Assembly: GCF_001194135.2 (NCBI RefSeq)
Contig: NC_068985.1
Coordinates: 119,444,794 to 119,482,692 of the forward strand
Source: Octopus bimaculoides
Lineage: Eukaryota
DNA: 37,899 bases
Reading direction: 5' to 3'
A model generated the notes under the pieces. It worked only from the letters and a program-made list of their open reading frames with translations, did not search any database and had not been told where the DNA came from. Positions 35,566 to 37,899 of this stretch are shown piece after piece; the stretch's first letter is position 1; each line of letters opens with the position of its first letter. The translations under genes and the position numbers were made by a program.

Positions 35566-36192
35566 NNNNNNNNNNNNNNNNNNNNNNNNNNNNNNNNNNN
35601 NNNNNNNNNNNNNNNNNNNNNNNNNNNNNNNNNNNNNNNNNNNNNNNNNNNNNNNNNNNNNNNNNNNNNNNNNNNNNNNNNNNNNNNNNNNNNNNNNNNN
35701 NNNNNNNNNNNNNNNNNNNNNNNNNNNNNNNNNNNNNNNNNNNNNNNNNNNNNNNNNNNNNNNNNNNNNNNNNNNNNNNNNNNNNNNNNNNNNNNNNNNN
35801 NNNNNNNNNNNNNNNNNNNNNNNNNNNNNNNNNNNNNNNNNNNNNNNNNNNNNNNNNNNNNNNNNNNNNNNNNNNNNNNNNNNNNNNNNNNNNNNNNNNN
35901 NNNNNNNNNNNNNNNNNNNNNNNNNNNNNNNNNNNNNNNNNNNNNNNNNNNNNNNNNNNNNNNNNNNNNNNNNNNNNNNNNNNNNNNNNNNNNNNNNNNN
36001 NNNNNNNNNNNNNNNNNNNNNNNNNNNNNNNNNNNNNNNNNNNNNNNNNNNNNNNNNNNNNNNNNNNNNNNNNNNNNNNNNNNNNNNNNNNNNNNNNNNN
36101 NNNNNNNNNNNNNNNNNNNNNNNNNNNNNNNNNNNNNNNNNNNNNNNNNNNNNNNNNNNNNNNNNNNNNNNNNNNNNNNNNNNNNNNNNNNN

Positions 36193-36356
36193 CTTATTTA
36201 GATTATTTACATTATTTACATTTGACGGATATTTGTCCTCATCTTGTTTGTTGTTAACACAACGTTTCGGCTGATATATCCTCCAGCCTTCATCAGGTGT
36301 CTTGGAGAAATTTCAAACCTGGGTTCTCATTCCTAAGGTATTTTTCGATGTTATTA

Positions 36357-36395
<39 letters not shown>

Positions 36396-36481
36396 TCATT
36401 GCCTGGAATCGAATTCGGAATCTTGGGGTTAAGAGCGCGGGCTAATAACCGTAAGTTTCCGAGTTCGACTCCAGGCAGTGA

Positions 36482-36552
<71 letters not shown>

Positions 36553-36576
36553 GTAAGATGAGAACAAATATCCGTC
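36193..36576. other. Exact 384-bp repeat of 35182-35565 across an N-gap; probable assembly artefact
   Basis: Identical, including microsatellite lengths, at offset 1011. One copy ends at the gap and the other starts at it. Confidence 0.8.
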
Positions 36577-37138
36577 AAATGTAAATAATGTAAATAAGGT
36601 ACAAGTAAAGGAGTAAAAGAGTATCACCATGCAAAGAAATACAAATTGTAAAGTTTCAAACATATTTCTTTACCAATATTCTGTACTGCAAACTGGTTGC
36701 ACTGACAGCTGGAATTTCAGCTAAATGTTGATCCCTGCTAATAATTAAAGAAACAGTCAATCTTTTAAGAATAAGTTCTTACCTACATTATACAAGTGCC
36801 ACATGTCATTTGAGGATACCCAAGATAATTAACGCTGAAACCGAACTAACGTTTAAATCAACGTCGAATTTTACTATCAATTGCAGATGATGTTTCCTTA
36901 TAACAAAAAACTATTACATTTCATTTGTGACACACGAGGTGTGTGACTGATGAAACAGTGAGACCCCAGAACCATTTTGCTTTTCATTATGGTCCAGTAT
37001 AGTAGTCTCACAGGACGAGCTTGGATTAAAATTCAAGTAACGGTGGAAGGCATTAACTGAATTAATATAATTATACTCTAAATCATGTATTGAGAACTTT
37101 TCTCTAATTCGTTATAACACATACATACATACATATAA

Positions 37139-37177
<39 letters not shown>

Positions 37178-37187
37178 NNNNNNNNNN

Positions 37188-37239
<52 letters not shown>

Positions 37240-37386
37240 AATATATATGCATGTATATGGTGAACACTCCAGTTATAGACGATATGAAGCTTGCGCGATT
37301 ACTTGCTAATCAATCTGTGCAAATGAGTGGTTTATAATGACCAGATGCTTGTGCTGCGCATTTACCTACTCCCTTCATCAAATCGA

Positions 37387-37488
37387 CATTGCCTGTACAA
37401 GTGCATTGCCTGTACAAGTGCATTGCCTGTACAAGTGCATTGCCTGTACAAGTGCATTGCCTGTACAAGTACATTGCCTGTACAAATG
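37387..37488 (+). repeat. 17-bp minisatellite, 6 copies (CATTGCCTGTACAAGTG)
   Basis: Four perfect units plus two with one substitution each; no spacers. Confidence 0.95.
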
Positions 37489-37699
37489 CCACGCATCAGG
37501 TGTTGAAGTGATCGCAGAGCAATGTGAAAAGGAATGTTTTATTCACAAATATAACGCACTGTTCGGTCCTGGAATCGAAACGTCGATTTCGTAGTCGTGA
37601 TTGCAAAACCTTAGCCACTAAACCACGTGCCCTCACACACACACACGCGCACACGCGCACGCACACACATACGCACGCGCACAAACAAACAAACAAGCA

Positions 37700-37830
37700 A
37701 ACACACATATGTCGAAGAACGTAGGTTCGAAATGTGAACGACTTTTCCATTCTTCCCGAGCGTCAGACTAATACACCTGCTTGTTGTCCCCTCATCTGTT
37801 GTCGTCTTTTGTTTTCTGTAAATCTTAACT
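37700..37830 (+). mobile_element. Penelope-like terminal repeat relic
   Basis: Shares ccgagcgtc...taatac with the 14340-14560 relic. It has only a decayed gaagaacgtaggttcgaaatgt core. Confidence 0.4.
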
Positions 37831-37862
<32 letters not shown>

Positions 37863-37899
37863 TTATTTATTTATTGAGAGAGAGGGAGTAATGGCGCTG

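Larger units (their letters stand above)
11136..37187. other. Assembly gaps: 11136-11726, 14212-14337, 25802-26378, 30119-30847, 31569-32077, 35566-36192, 37178-37187
   Basis: Runs of N, most bordered by microsatellites. Confidence 0.98.

Noticed and set aside
37387-37488. Possible CRISPR-like array
   Set aside because: Contiguous repeats without spacers, eukaryotic context, and no cas genes.
1997-37850. Dozens of track ORFs rich in CV, YI, HT, SIYL, SL, poly-I/L/N/Y or X
   Set aside because: They are translations of di-, tri- and tetranucleotide microsatellites and N-gaps, not genes.

Overview
AT-rich, microsatellite-dense animal genomic DNA with seven N-gaps. The repeat landscape suggests an octopod cephalopod short-read assembly; this is my inference from family resemblance, not a database result. 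I find one credible protein-coding gene: a compact MARCH-type RING-CH membrane E3 ligase (minus strand, 24396-23926, 156 aa) whose whole CDS appears to sit in one exon between good splice sites. The rest is mostly transposon-derived. A decayed DD34D mariner is split by a solo-LTR-like insert with a perfect 5-bp TSD and abuts an L1/Tx1 fragment. There are also R4/Dong-like and L1/Tx1 ends, many tRNA-derived SINEs, two hAT MITEs, a further MITE, and a 1.67-kb foldback with ~365-bp arms. The least annotated signal is a set of minimal type I hammerhead-ribozyme motifs at 12350, 14436, 23175 and 35245. One lies in a tRNA-headed SINE-like element fused head-to-head to an inverted copy lacking the ribozyme. 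Nearly all ORFs in the supplied track are microsatellite or N-gap artefacts.
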